DNA of 48,976 nucleotides from an uncultured Methanobrevibacter sp. (lineage in GTDB: Archaea; Methanobacteriota; Methanobacteria; Methanobacteriales; Methanobacteriaceae): assembly GCA_902782595.1 (NCBI GenBank), contig CACZNW010000022.1, positions 1 through 48,976 on the forward strand. The letters run 5' to 3'. Under the pieces are notes generated by a model. That model was not told the origin of the DNA. It saw nothing but the letters and a program-made list of their open reading frames with translations, and did not search any database. Shown here piece after piece: positions 9,982-19,354 of the stretch. The translations under genes and the position numbers were made by a program. How positions within the stretch are numbered: the stretch's first letter is position 1; each line of letters begins with the position of its first letter.

Positions 9982-10002
9982 ATGCAATTTTACAAATTGC
10001 AT
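9982..10002. promoter_or_regulatory. Inverted repeat ATGCAATTT-TAC-AAATTGCAT, candidate operator or hairpin
   Basis: Perfect 9-bp arms in the intergenic region upstream of the acidic-protein gene. Confidence 0.45.
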
Positions 10003-10048
10003 ACTGTTTTTCAAAATGTTTCGATTGATTAAAAAATCGTAGGTGGTA

Positions 10049-10981
10049 ATGATGGATAATCGGAAGTGGATAGAATCATTATTGGATGATATGGTTGAAA
10101 GTCAATGGACTAAAGACATTATAAAGCAAGAATATGAACGTCTAAATAAATCCGGTGAAAATGATGGGATTAAATCAATTGAAGATTTAGAACCTATCAG
10201 TCAATATTCTAAAAAAGAGCTAAATGACTGTGAATTTCAGCAAAATGACTTCAATGTCCAGCTGGATAACTTTTCTAGAAGTGATTATGAGGATTATTTG
10301 ATTTCACAGGCTGTCGATACTATTGGGGAAAATGAATATTTTGAGGAAATTGAATTCAGTGATGATTACCTTGAAAATTTGATTAGACAGCATTTGGATG
10401 AAGAAGAAGACTTCCTTGATATGGTTATGAAGGAAGCTATTGCTGAAGACGGTTATTTTCAGGAGTATATAGAACAGCATTTTTACGAGGAAAACCTTAG
10501 GGATTATCCGGAACCTGATTTTTATTTTGATAATAATGAAGAGGTCTATTACTATGAATGTCCCGAAGAAAAAGAGGTATTTGATGATTTGGGAGATACC
10601 AGTTATATGGATCAGGGAATATATAAAGGAGCAAACACGGATAGCTTTGAAGAGCCCTTTGAATATTCCTATTATGAAGAGCCATTTTCTGATGATGACC
10701 TCTATTATGAAGGGCAAATAAATGATTCAGAACTTGATGAAGAGATATATAGGCAGTCTCAGGATTTTATTGATGTCGGAGATTTTCCCGATGATTTAAT
10801 TCTTGAAGAACCGGATGATGATAATGTGGAGGGTCTGGTTAAGGAAAGACTGTTTGAAGAGAAATATCTTGACAGGATTTTCGTTGAAATCATTAAAAGG
10901 GATAAATACTGGGACAGAATTATTAAGGAAAAATTAGCGAGAGACGAAAAATTCAGGGAAAAAATTGCTAAATTTTCTTAA
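10049..10981 (+). CDS. Very acidic (Asp/Glu/Tyr-rich) hypothetical protein
   Basis: Long ORF with AGGTGG RBS; start at 10049 or 10052; D/E-dominated composition with ~14-aa helical repeats. Confidence 0.8.
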   Translation: MMDNRKWIESLLDDMVESQWTKDIIKQEYERLNKSGENDGIKSIEDLEPISQYSKKELNDCEFQQNDFNVQLDNFSRSDYEDYLISQAVDTIGENEYFEEIEFSDDYLENLIRQHLDEEEDFLDMVMKEAIAEDGYFQEYIEQHFYEENLRDYPEPDFYFDNNEEVYYYECPEEKEVFDDLGDTSYMDQGIYKGANTDSFEEPFEYSYYEEPFSDDDLYYEGQINDSELDEEIYRQSQDFIDVGDFPDDLILEEPDDDNVEGLVKERLFEEKYLDRIFVEIIKRDKYWDRIIKEKLARDEKFREKIAKFS

Positions 10982-11034
10982 TTTCCCCTTTTTTTTAGTA
11001 AAAGACTTTAAGGTCTTTTAACATATTAAAATCT

Positions 11035-11328
11035 ATGAATGTCAAACAGAGAATTTTAGAACTAAACAGCCAGCATACCGGTCAAAGTGTCGATATTGAT
11101 GATTTGCTTTTAACTTTTCTCACCCAATTTCAATTATTTGAACCATGCAGGTACCTCTCAGAAGATGATGAATGGGTGAACGTGGTCATGATTTCACCCG
11201 ATGACAGTAATGTGTCACAGGCACTGTCCATCAGAAAACATCAGATTGTCACTTTCGGAATTTTCAACCCGGAAGAAATTGAACTTAATTTGGCTCCTCA
11301 AAGTGATTCAGAGGATTTTTACCAATGA
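11035..11328 (+). CDS. Hypothetical protein
   Basis: 97 aa ORF, ATGA-coupled to the next ORF. Confidence 0.75.
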   Translation: MNVKQRILELNSQHTGQSVDIDDLLLTFLTQFQLFEPCRYLSEDDEWVNVVMISPDDSNVSQALSIRKHQIVTFGIFNPEEIELNLAPQSDSEDFYQ

Positions 11329-11618
11329 GAGAAATATTTTTGGATGACAGTTTTGATGTGGAGGAAACCACCGTTCAAATTAATTCCGTCATGTCCAAAT
11401 GGTCAATTTGTCTTTTAGACATTAACGGCCATGACTGGTTAATCTATGATTATGATATGAATTTAAGGTATCTGTTCAGGTTCAGGGTTGATTTTCAAAA
11501 CATTGAGACAAGGATAAAATTGGAAGATTTGAAACTCAACATCATTCACCACATTGAATCATTGAAGGATGAAACCACATACAGAGATAATTTGATAAGT
11601 TCTCAAGTCCTTAAATAA
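11325..11618 (+). CDS. Hypothetical protein
   Basis: 97 aa ORF with GAGG RBS inside the upstream gene and an ATGA overlap. Confidence 0.75.
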   Translation: MREIFLDDSFDVEETTVQINSVMSKWSICLLDINGHDWLIYDYDMNLRYLFRFRVDFQNIETRIKLEDLKLNIIHHIESLKDETTYRDNLISSQVLK

Positions 11619-11688
11619 AAAAAGAAATAAATATTATTATTTAACATATCTGTGCAAGAATTCTCCGGTTTCTTTAATTTGGAGAGGT

Positions 11689-12780
11689 TCAATCACTGAC
11701 ATCATAATCATCAATCATACAGTATGTAAACTGGGGATGTTTTTCTTCAATCTGGTTCAATATTTTGTTTTTAACTTTTTCTCTGTCAGCATCAAAGTCA
11801 ACGATAATATCGAATGTTACGAGTTTTTCACTCTCTTGGACTATAAATCCATGTATTTCAATAACTTCTTCATATTTTGAAGCAATTTCATATAAATCAT
11901 CACGGATATTGCTGAATTCATCATTTCGGGCATATATTCCAACAGTTAGTATGATTGAATACTCTTCGTAGATTTTAAGTGAAATCTGACGGGTCAAATT
12001 GTGTATGTCCAGTGCGGTAAGGTGGTCATTGACTTCAACGTGAACTGACCCCTGCATGGATTCGGGTCCGTAGTTATGCAAACTCAAATCATATGCTCCG
12101 TAAACTTCGGGAATTTCACAGATGGACTCTTTTAGCTCACGTGCCAGTTCAGAATCAATTCTTGCTCCAATCATGCTGTCAAGAGTTTCTCTTAACATAT
12201 CAATACTTGCTTTAATAATCACAAGCGATATGATTACTCCTAAAATTCCTTCAAGAGAAATATGGAGGAATATGGAGATGATTGCAGCTATTAATGTTGA
12301 AAGGGACAATATTGCATCGAAAAATGCGTCACTTCCGGATGCAACCAGTGCCTGCGAGTTAATGTTTTCACCAATGTTTTTCACATACCTGCCCAAAACC
12401 AGTTTGACAACAACTGCAACTGCAATTATAACAAGTGAAACTGGGGTGTAATTTGTAATGTCGGGTGTGAATATTTTTGGCCATGATTCCATAAATGCAG
12501 TGATACCTGCCCAAAGGACAATTGCGGCAATAATTACTGATGAAAAGTATTCAATACGACCATAACCATAGGGATGGTTTTTGTCAGGTGCCTTTCCTGC
12601 AAGTTTGGTGCCGATAATTGTAATTATTGAAGATAATGCATCAGTTAAGTTGTTTACCGCATCCAAAGTAATTGCAATGGAATTTGTAAGTATTCCGACA
12701 ACAGCTTTAAATGCCACTAATATGAGATTGACGATAATTCCGATTATACTTGTTTTAATAATTTTCTGTTGCCTTGACAT
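11689..12780 (-). CDS. Cation diffusion facilitator (CDF) family transporter with extended C-terminal domain
   Basis: SIAITLDAVNNLTD, PDKNHPYGYGRIEY, six TM helices, LHNYG dimerisation-domain motif. Confidence 0.95.
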   Translation of the reverse strand: MSRQQKIIKTSIIGIIVNLILVAFKAVVGILTNSIAITLDAVNNLTDALSSIITIIGTKLAGKAPDKNHPYGYGRIEYFSSVIIAAIVLWAGITAFMESWPKIFTPDITNYTPVSLVIIAVAVVVKLVLGRYVKNIGENINSQALVASGSDAFFDAILSLSTLIAAIISIFLHISLEGILGVIISLVIIKASIDMLRETLDSMIGARIDSELARELKESICEIPEVYGAYDLSLHNYGPESMQGSVHVEVNDHLTALDIHNLTRQISLKIYEEYSIILTVGIYARNDEFSNIRDDLYEIASKYEEVIEIHGFIVQESEKLVTFDIIVDFDADREKVKNKILNQIEEKHPQFTYCMIDDYDVSD

Positions 12781-12814
12781 GCATATGATATTTATATTTA
12801 ATAGTAATTAAATG

Positions 12815-12852
12815 AACTGAAAATAATTCAAAAATTTTAAATATTTTCAGTT
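12815..12852. promoter_or_regulatory. Inverted repeat in the divergent CDF/gpx promoter region
   Basis: AACTGAAAATA-N16-TATTTTCAGTT, perfect 11-bp arms with a partly symmetric spacer. Confidence 0.5.
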
Positions 12853-12880
12853 TTATACTAATTTCATGGAGGCATAATAA

Positions 12881-13420
12881 ATGTCAGTATATGATTTTGA
12901 AGTAAAAGACGGTGAAGGAAATACCGTTTCATTATCCCAATATGAAAACAAAGTGCTTTTGATAGTAAATTCAGCAACAAAATGCGGGTTCACTCAACAA
13001 TACACAGAATTAAACGAAATCTATGCCGAATTCAATGAACAAGGTTTTGAAATCTTGGATTTCCCATGCAATCAGTTTGGAAAACAGGCACCGGGTACAA
13101 CCGAGGAAATCACCGAAGTCTGCAGATCCAAATGGCTGGTTCCATATGCAATCTTTGAAAAGGTGGATGTGAATGGTGACAATGCATCTCCATTATTCGA
13201 ATACTTAAAAAACGAACAGCCGTTTAAAGGTCTGACTGGAAATGGTGCAGGCAAACTCAAATTGGTAGTTAAAATGAGGGACAGGCATTATAAGGACAAC
13301 AATGATATCAAATGGAATTTTACCAAATTTTTAGTTGACCGCAAAGGCAATGTGGTTGGGAGATTCGAGCCTACAGAAGATTTGGCTGATGTTAAAGAAG
13401 CTATCAAAGCTTTATTGTAA
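12881..13420 (+). CDS. gpx: Glutathione peroxidase family protein (Cys type, probably thioredoxin-dependent)
   Basis: VNSATKCGFT, FPCNQFG, KWNFTKFL; GGAGG RBS. Confidence 0.95.
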   Translation: MSVYDFEVKDGEGNTVSLSQYENKVLLIVNSATKCGFTQQYTELNEIYAEFNEQGFEILDFPCNQFGKQAPGTTEEITEVCRSKWLVPYAIFEKVDVNGDNASPLFEYLKNEQPFKGLTGNGAGKLKLVVKMRDRHYKDNNDIKWNFTKFLVDRKGNVVGRFEPTEDLADVKEAIKALL

Positions 13421-13436
13421 CTTTTTTTTGTTGTGC

Positions 13437-13462
13437 AGTTATTTCATTATACTGAAATAACT
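13437..13462. promoter_or_regulatory. Inverted repeat AGTTATTTCA-N6-TGAAATAACT (operator or terminator hairpin)
   Basis: Perfect 10-bp arms after the gpx T-tract and upstream of the USP gene. Confidence 0.45.
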
Positions 13463-13518
13463 TAATTTTATTAACTATTACAAACAGATATATTATTTAA
13501 TTATAAAGGTGCAGGCAA

Positions 13519-13944
13519 ATGTATAAAAAAATATTATTACCTACAGATGGTTCAACCTATGCGGATCAGGAAGTTGAAAGAGTAGTAAATTTAATCGCTG
13601 ATGATGGTGAAATCATTATTTTATCTGTTGCCGGCAGATTAACATCAAGTGCTTTTCAGTCAAGAAAAAAAATAAAAAAAGTCAATGAAAAACTTAAAAG
13701 GGACGCTCAAAAATACGCCGACAATATGGCTGCAAAATTTGATGACACTTATAACGTTAAAATAATGGTTTTAACCGGTTTTCCGGCAGAAACAATTAAG
13801 GAAGTCACTGAAAAAGAGGGTGTTGACTTGATTATCATATCTGCTTCCGGAAAAGGTGGTCTTCACAGATTTGTCATTGGAAGTGTGGCCGAAAAAGTAT
13901 TGAAAAACAGTGAAGTTGACGTATTATTGGTTCACAATGATTAA
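13519..13944 (+). CDS. Universal stress protein (UspA family)
   Basis: MYKKILLPTDGS, GFPAETI, DLIIIS, IGSVAEKVL, VLLVH. Confidence 0.95.
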   Translation: MYKKILLPTDGSTYADQEVERVVNLIADDGEIIILSVAGRLTSSAFQSRKKIKKVNEKLKRDAQKYADNMAAKFDDTYNVKIMVLTGFPAETIKEVTEKEGVDLIIISASGKGGLHRFVIGSVAEKVLKNSEVDVLLVHND

Positions 13945-13953
13945 GGAGAGCAT

Positions 13954-14361
13954 ATGAATTTAAAAAATTTAGTGATTGTTCTGATTATACTTGTTTTAAT
14001 CGTAACCGTTGGAGCATTTTTCTACATCCAGGCAAACTCACACAATACCAAGGTGGAGGTTATCAGTAACTCCACATTAAAAAACGGGGATATTGTCAGG
14101 ATTGTATTAAATGATGAATACAGGAATGTTTATCCGGGAGAAAGTGTTCATATTAAAATATTGGATGATTCAGGTTGGGCGGATAACTATGATGTTGTAA
14201 CTGATGATTCAGGTGAAGCGTCAATAGTTTTATCAGCATTTGAAAATGGGAATTATACCATTCATACAAATTATAATGGAACATTATTCAACAAGCCTTA
14301 CCATGGAATAAACTCACTTGTAATCGATGACGGTTATTATGATGATGGTTACTATTATTAA
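13954..14361 (+). CDS. Membrane-anchored Ig-like (Big_1-like) small surface protein
   Basis: N-terminal TM helix, VTDDSGEA and GNYTIHTNYNG Ig-like motifs, N-x-T sequons. Confidence 0.75.
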   Translation: MNLKNLVIVLIILVLIVTVGAFFYIQANSHNTKVEVISNSTLKNGDIVRIVLNDEYRNVYPGESVHIKILDDSGWADNYDVVTDDSGEASIVLSAFENGNYTIHTNYNGTLFNKPYHGINSLVIDDGYYDDGYYY

Positions 14362-14370
14362 GTGATATAA

Positions 14371-16743
14371 ATGGGTTTTAAATCTAAACTGCTTAATCTT
14401 AAAGATTGTGCTGTAAACTCAATGATATATAACACTTATTATAACAAATCCATTGATGAAAAACTTGTTTATCTGGAATCCCGTGATGGATTGGATTTTA
14501 CAGGAAATATCTTCAGGATAGTTGAGGAATTATCAACAGGTAAGTATGGTGATTTGAAAATCCATGTTCATGCAAAACCTCATGTTGCTGACAGGATTAA
14601 ATCTTTACAGAAAACTTATGATTTAAAAATTGATAAAATCATCACAAAAGAGGCTCTGGCAACTAAAACTTTGGAAAAGGCAAAATATATTTTCACAGAT
14701 TCGGGAATCCGACCTAAATATGTAAAAAGAGAAGGTCAGATATTTGTAAATACCTGGCACGGCACTCCTCTTAAAGTAATGGGTAAATACAATACTGCTG
14801 AAGAGCATCGCTTGGGTAATGTTCAGCATCCTCTGCTTTCATCAGATTATCTGCTTTATCCAAATGAGTATATGATGGAAAAGATGCTTGATTCATATAT
14901 GATTGAAAAGATTTTCCCCGGCAAAATTTTACTTGAAGGATATCCGAGAAACAGCGTTTTTTTCACAGAATCCGATTTGAAAGATGATTTAAACTTAACA
15001 GATTATGAAATATTTGCATATATGCCGACATTTCGCGGAATATTCATGGACCGTGATGATGAATCTCAAAAAAATAAGGTTGTTAAATATTTAACAAAAA
15101 TGGATTCACAACTCACTGATAATCAGATTCTTCTTGTGAAACTCCATGTTTTAAACGAGTCTAAAATAGATTTTGATAAATTCAAGCATATCCGACCATT
15201 TCCAAAAGATTATGAAACATATGATGTTTTAAATATGGCGGATGTTTTAATAACTGATTATTCCAGTGTGTTTTTTGATTTTGCAAATACTCGTCGAAAG
15301 ATTATTTTATTCAATTATGATGAAACAGATTACTGTTCTTATCGCGGATTTTATTTCGGTTTGGATGAACTGCCGTTTCCAAAGGTTCAAAATACCGATG
15401 ATTTAATTGAAGAGATGAATCTGTCTAAAAATTATGATGATACTGAATTTATGGATAAATTCTGTAATCATGACAATCAGGATGCCGCTGAAAAAATCTG
15501 CAGACATATTTTTCTTAAAGATAAGGTATGCGAGGAAACTGAAATTAAAAATGAAAATCCGAACATATTAATTTTTGCCGGAGCATTGTATAAATTCGGT
15601 ATTGCATCATCATTATTCAATTTACTTAATAATCTTGATAAGAATAACTATAATTTCTTCATTACATTTCTTCAGTGGGAGGAAAATGTTGAGCTGAATC
15701 ATGAGGAAATATTTGAAATGATTCCTGAGGGTGTTGAAGTTCTGCCAATCCGTTTTAATTTAACACCAACTGTCAAAGAAAAAATGGATTACAATAAGTT
15801 CTACTTGGCGGATAAGGATATGGAATGTCCTGAATCATTGATTAAATTATTTAAAAGATCATTTGTTAAACAGTTCGGCACTGTCAGATGGGACATGGTT
15901 ATCGACTATGACGGATATAATCATGATGAAACATTGATGTTTGTCTCATCAGGCCGTAAAAGTAGTGTCTGGGTTCACAATGACATGGTTCAGGAGATGG
16001 TCACCAAGCACAATCAAAACAAGAATATTTTAAGGCATGCATATTCAAATGCGGATAATGTATGTATTGTATCTCCCAGTTTAATAAATTCCACTGGTGA
16101 AATCAGTGGTCGCAGGGATAACATCAGTGTTGTCCATAATTTAAATGATTATCCTTCAATATTGGCCAGATCAAAAGAAGATCTGATGATTAATCCCAAT
16201 ACCAATATTTACAATAATGATATTGTAGATGTTTTAAACAAAGATTCATTTAAATTCATCACTATCGGCAGATTTTCACCTGAAAAAGGTCATGTCAGAT
16301 TAATAGAAGCATTCAACGAATTCTGTAAGGACTATCCTGATTCACAGTTAATAATAATTGGAGGCTATGGTGTTATGTATGAAGAAACATGCAAACTGGT
16401 TGATTCAGTTGAATATGGAAGTAATATTACTTTAATCAACAATATTTCCAATCCGATGCCTATACTTAAACAGTGCGATTTATTTATATTGTCTTCGTTT
16501 CATGAAGGCTGGCCGATGGTTTTAATGGAAGCCGATACACTGAATATTCCAATAATTTCAACAGATATTGAATCCACAAGGGCTATGAAGGACTATGCAG
16601 GAGTGCTTGTTGAAAATTCACGGGACGGAATTTTACAGGGAATGCATGATTTTGTTTTAGGTAAAATTAAGCCTAATAATTCTGATTTTAAAAAATATAA
16701 TGATGAAGCACTCAAAGAGTTCAATAAAATAATTAATAATTGA
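14371..16743 (+). CDS. TagF-like CDP-glycerol/polyol phosphotransferase fused to a C-terminal GT-B (GT4) glycosyltransferase
   Basis: TWHGTPLK, GYPRN, YMPTFR, VKLHV, ITDYSSVFFDF; then IGRFSPEKG, SFHEGWPMVLMEA. Confidence 0.92.
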   Translation: MGFKSKLLNLKDCAVNSMIYNTYYNKSIDEKLVYLESRDGLDFTGNIFRIVEELSTGKYGDLKIHVHAKPHVADRIKSLQKTYDLKIDKIITKEALATKTLEKAKYIFTDSGIRPKYVKREGQIFVNTWHGTPLKVMGKYNTAEEHRLGNVQHPLLSSDYLLYPNEYMMEKMLDSYMIEKIFPGKILLEGYPRNSVFFTESDLKDDLNLTDYEIFAYMPTFRGIFMDRDDESQKNKVVKYLTKMDSQLTDNQILLVKLHVLNESKIDFDKFKHIRPFPKDYETYDVLNMADVLITDYSSVFFDFANTRRKIILFNYDETDYCSYRGFYFGLDELPFPKVQNTDDLIEEMNLSKNYDDTEFMDKFCNHDNQDAAEKICRHIFLKDKVCEETEIKNENPNILIFAGALYKFGIASSLFNLLNNLDKNNYNFFITFLQWEENVELNHEEIFEMIPEGVEVLPIRFNLTPTVKEKMDYNKFYLADKDMECPESLIKLFKRSFVKQFGTVRWDMVIDYDGYNHDETLMFVSSGRKSSVWVHNDMVQEMVTKHNQNKNILRHAYSNADNVCIVSPSLINSTGEISGRRDNISVVHNLNDYPSILARSKEDLMINPNTNIYNNDIVDVLNKDSFKFITIGRFSPEKGHVRLIEAFNEFCKDYPDSQLIIIGGYGVMYEETCKLVDSVEYGSNITLINNISNPMPILKQCDLFILSSFHEGWPMVLMEADTLNIPIISTDIESTRAMKDYAGVLVENSRDGILQGMHDFVLGKIKPNNSDFKKYNDEALKEFNKIINN

Positions 16744-16963
16744 TTTGCCAATGTGGGTAAGATATCACAGATTAATAATTTTTTGTCTCGGTTTTCAATT
16801 TTAATGATATTATTTCCATGGAAAAAGTTCGATTAATATGTGATATTAATGTGAGGTCATTTTCTCGGAGATGGGTACTGTTTGACATATCTTTAAACAA
16901 ATAATTATTTATTATATTTTATCAAATATATTATTAAAAATCTTTTATATTTTATGTGAAATT

Positions 16964-19339
16964 ATGGCTTTTAAGGATAAAATTAAAAAATATAAGCAGT
17001 GTTCTATCAATAATTTAATATATCGTAACTATTACAATAAAGAAATTGATGATAATCTGGTTTATGTTGAATCAAGAGATGGAAATGATTTTACAGGTAA
17101 TATCCTTCGCATAGTTGAAGAATTATCAACCGGAAAGTACGGCAATTTTAAAATAGTTGTTTATGCAAAAAAGAATGTTCATCCTAAAATAAAAAAATTG
17201 CAAAAGAATTATAATTTAAAAATAGATAACATCATATCAAAAGAGTCAACCGCCACAAAAACATTGGAAATAGCCAAATACGTTATTGCTGATTCGGGGA
17301 TGCGTCCCAAATTCGTTAAACGTCCAGGACAAATCGTAATTGATACCTGGCACGGCACACCCTTAAAGACCATGGGCATTGATAATGAAGCTGAAGAGCA
17401 CAGGTGCGGAAATATCCAGCAGGCATTCTTTGCATGCGATTATCTGCTTTTTCCCAATGAATACATGAAAAATAAAATGCTCAAGTCATATATGATGGAT
17501 AAAATCTTTCCCGGAACCATTCTGTTTGGAGGTTATCCGAGAAACGGTGTATTCTTCACAAAAAACACTGATTTAAAAGAAAAGTTAGGATTTAGGGATA
17601 AGGAACTGTTTGCATACATGCCGACATTCAAGGGACTTTTTCTGGATAGAAAAGATAAAAAACAAAGAGATATTGTTTATGTTTATCTAAAAGAAATCGA
17701 TGATAAATTAACAGATAATCAGGTTTTACTGGTTAAACTGCATGTTTACAATAAGGAAAAAATAGATTTCAATGAATTTGACCATATCAGGGCTTTCCCG
17801 GAAGGCTATGAAATCTATGATGTTTTAAACATGACTGACTGTCTTATTACTGACTATTCCAGTGTATTTTTTGATTATGCAAATACAAAAAGAAAGATAA
17901 TCATTTTCAATTATGATGAAGAGGAGTATATGAAAGACAGGGGGACATATTTCCCGATATCCGATTTGCCGTTTCCTAAAGTACAGACGGTTGATGATTT
18001 GATTTTGCAGTTGAATACTCCTAAAAATTATGATGATTCAGGGTTTATAAAAGATTTCTGCACTTATGATAATGAAAATGCTGCTGAAAACTTCTGCAGA
18101 CATGTTTTCAATGGCGAAAAGATGTGCATTGAAAAAAAGGTTAAAAATGATAATAAAAATGTTCTGATTTTTTCAGGCGGTTTAAAGAATAACGGACTCA
18201 CTTCTTCAATGAAAAATGTATTGCAAAACATTGATTTGGATAAATACAATATTTTCATATGCTATGCTTCATGGGACCCCAATCTCAATGAGAATCACCG
18301 TGAAATTTTCAGGTCAATGCCTGAAGGCATCCAGTACTGTCCTTTAAGAATAGGTCTTAATTTAACTGTCAGTGAACAGAGGGAATTTGTAAAATTCCTG
18401 TCAGACCCAAATAGGAAATTATCCGAAAGCCTTGTTAAAATGCTTGAAAGAGAACTTCAAAGGGCATTCAACGGATTTTCTTTTGATTCAATAATTCATT
18501 TCAACGGTTATGGGATTGAAGAAACAATGCTGTTTAGTGTTAGTGATGCTAAAAAGGCTATTTGGGTTCACAATGATATGGTGCAGGAACTCAAAACTAA
18601 AAACAATCAGAACCTGTCTGTTTTAAAACATGTTTACAATGTATATGATGATGTTGTTGTCGTATCACCGGATTTAATAAAACCAACAGCGGAAATCAGC
18701 GGTAGAAAAGATAATATTAAACTTGTTCACAATGTAAACAACATAAAAGAAATAGAACGTAAAGGCTTATGCGATATAGAAATCAACGACAGTTGTGTTG
18801 TCAGCACAGGAAACCCAAATGGAATCGAAGGGGTTTTAAACAGTCCGGCGAAGAAATTCATCACAATCGGCAGATTTGACCCAGAAAAAGGTCATGATCG
18901 TTTGATATGGGCATTTAACAGATACTGCAAAGATAATCCCGATACTCAATTAATAATAATTGGAGGATATGGAACCACTTATGAAGAAACTTTAAAATTT
19001 GCTGAAGAGTCAGAATTCAGTGAAAATATTACAATAATCAAATCAATATTAAATCCAATGCCTATTTTAAAACAATGTGATTTGTTTGTTATATCATCAT
19101 ATTATGAAGGATGGCCAATGGTTATTATGGAAGCAGATGCATTTGACATACCGGTTATTGCAACAGACATAACCGGAACCCAATGGATGAAAGAATACGG
19201 AGGATATATGGTTGAAAATTCAAAGGAAGGTATCCTGCAGGGTATGTATGATTTCACCGAAGGAAAAGTCACTCCATTGGGAATTGATTATGAAGAGTAT
19301 AATAAAAATGCCGTTGAGGAATTTTTAAAAATAATTTAA
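16964..19339 (+). CDS. TagF-like phosphotransferase + GT-B (GT4) fusion, paralog of 14371
   Basis: TWHGTPLK, GYPRN, MPTFK, VKLHV, ITDYSS; IGRFDPEKG, YYEGWPMVIMEA. Confidence 0.92.
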   Translation: MAFKDKIKKYKQCSINNLIYRNYYNKEIDDNLVYVESRDGNDFTGNILRIVEELSTGKYGNFKIVVYAKKNVHPKIKKLQKNYNLKIDNIISKESTATKTLEIAKYVIADSGMRPKFVKRPGQIVIDTWHGTPLKTMGIDNEAEEHRCGNIQQAFFACDYLLFPNEYMKNKMLKSYMMDKIFPGTILFGGYPRNGVFFTKNTDLKEKLGFRDKELFAYMPTFKGLFLDRKDKKQRDIVYVYLKEIDDKLTDNQVLLVKLHVYNKEKIDFNEFDHIRAFPEGYEIYDVLNMTDCLITDYSSVFFDYANTKRKIIIFNYDEEEYMKDRGTYFPISDLPFPKVQTVDDLILQLNTPKNYDDSGFIKDFCTYDNENAAENFCRHVFNGEKMCIEKKVKNDNKNVLIFSGGLKNNGLTSSMKNVLQNIDLDKYNIFICYASWDPNLNENHREIFRSMPEGIQYCPLRIGLNLTVSEQREFVKFLSDPNRKLSESLVKMLERELQRAFNGFSFDSIIHFNGYGIEETMLFSVSDAKKAIWVHNDMVQELKTKNNQNLSVLKHVYNVYDDVVVVSPDLIKPTAEISGRKDNIKLVHNVNNIKEIERKGLCDIEINDSCVVSTGNPNGIEGVLNSPAKKFITIGRFDPEKGHDRLIWAFNRYCKDNPDTQLIIIGGYGTTYEETLKFAEESEFSENITIIKSILNPMPILKQCDLFVISSYYEGWPMVIMEADAFDIPVIATDITGTQWMKEYGGYMVENSKEGILQGMYDFTEGKVTPLGIDYEEYNKNAVEEFLKII

Positions 19340-19354
19340 TCTGGTAGTGAATCA

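Noticed and set aside
12881-13420. Selenocysteine recoding in the glutathione peroxidase
   Set aside because: The active-site codon is TGC (Cys) and there is no in-frame TGA.
14325-14361. DDGYYDDGYYY tail as a BY-kinase-like tyrosine cluster regulating the polymer locus
   Set aside because: No Walker motifs or kinase nearby and the domain appears extracellular; more simply a 15-nt tandem duplication.
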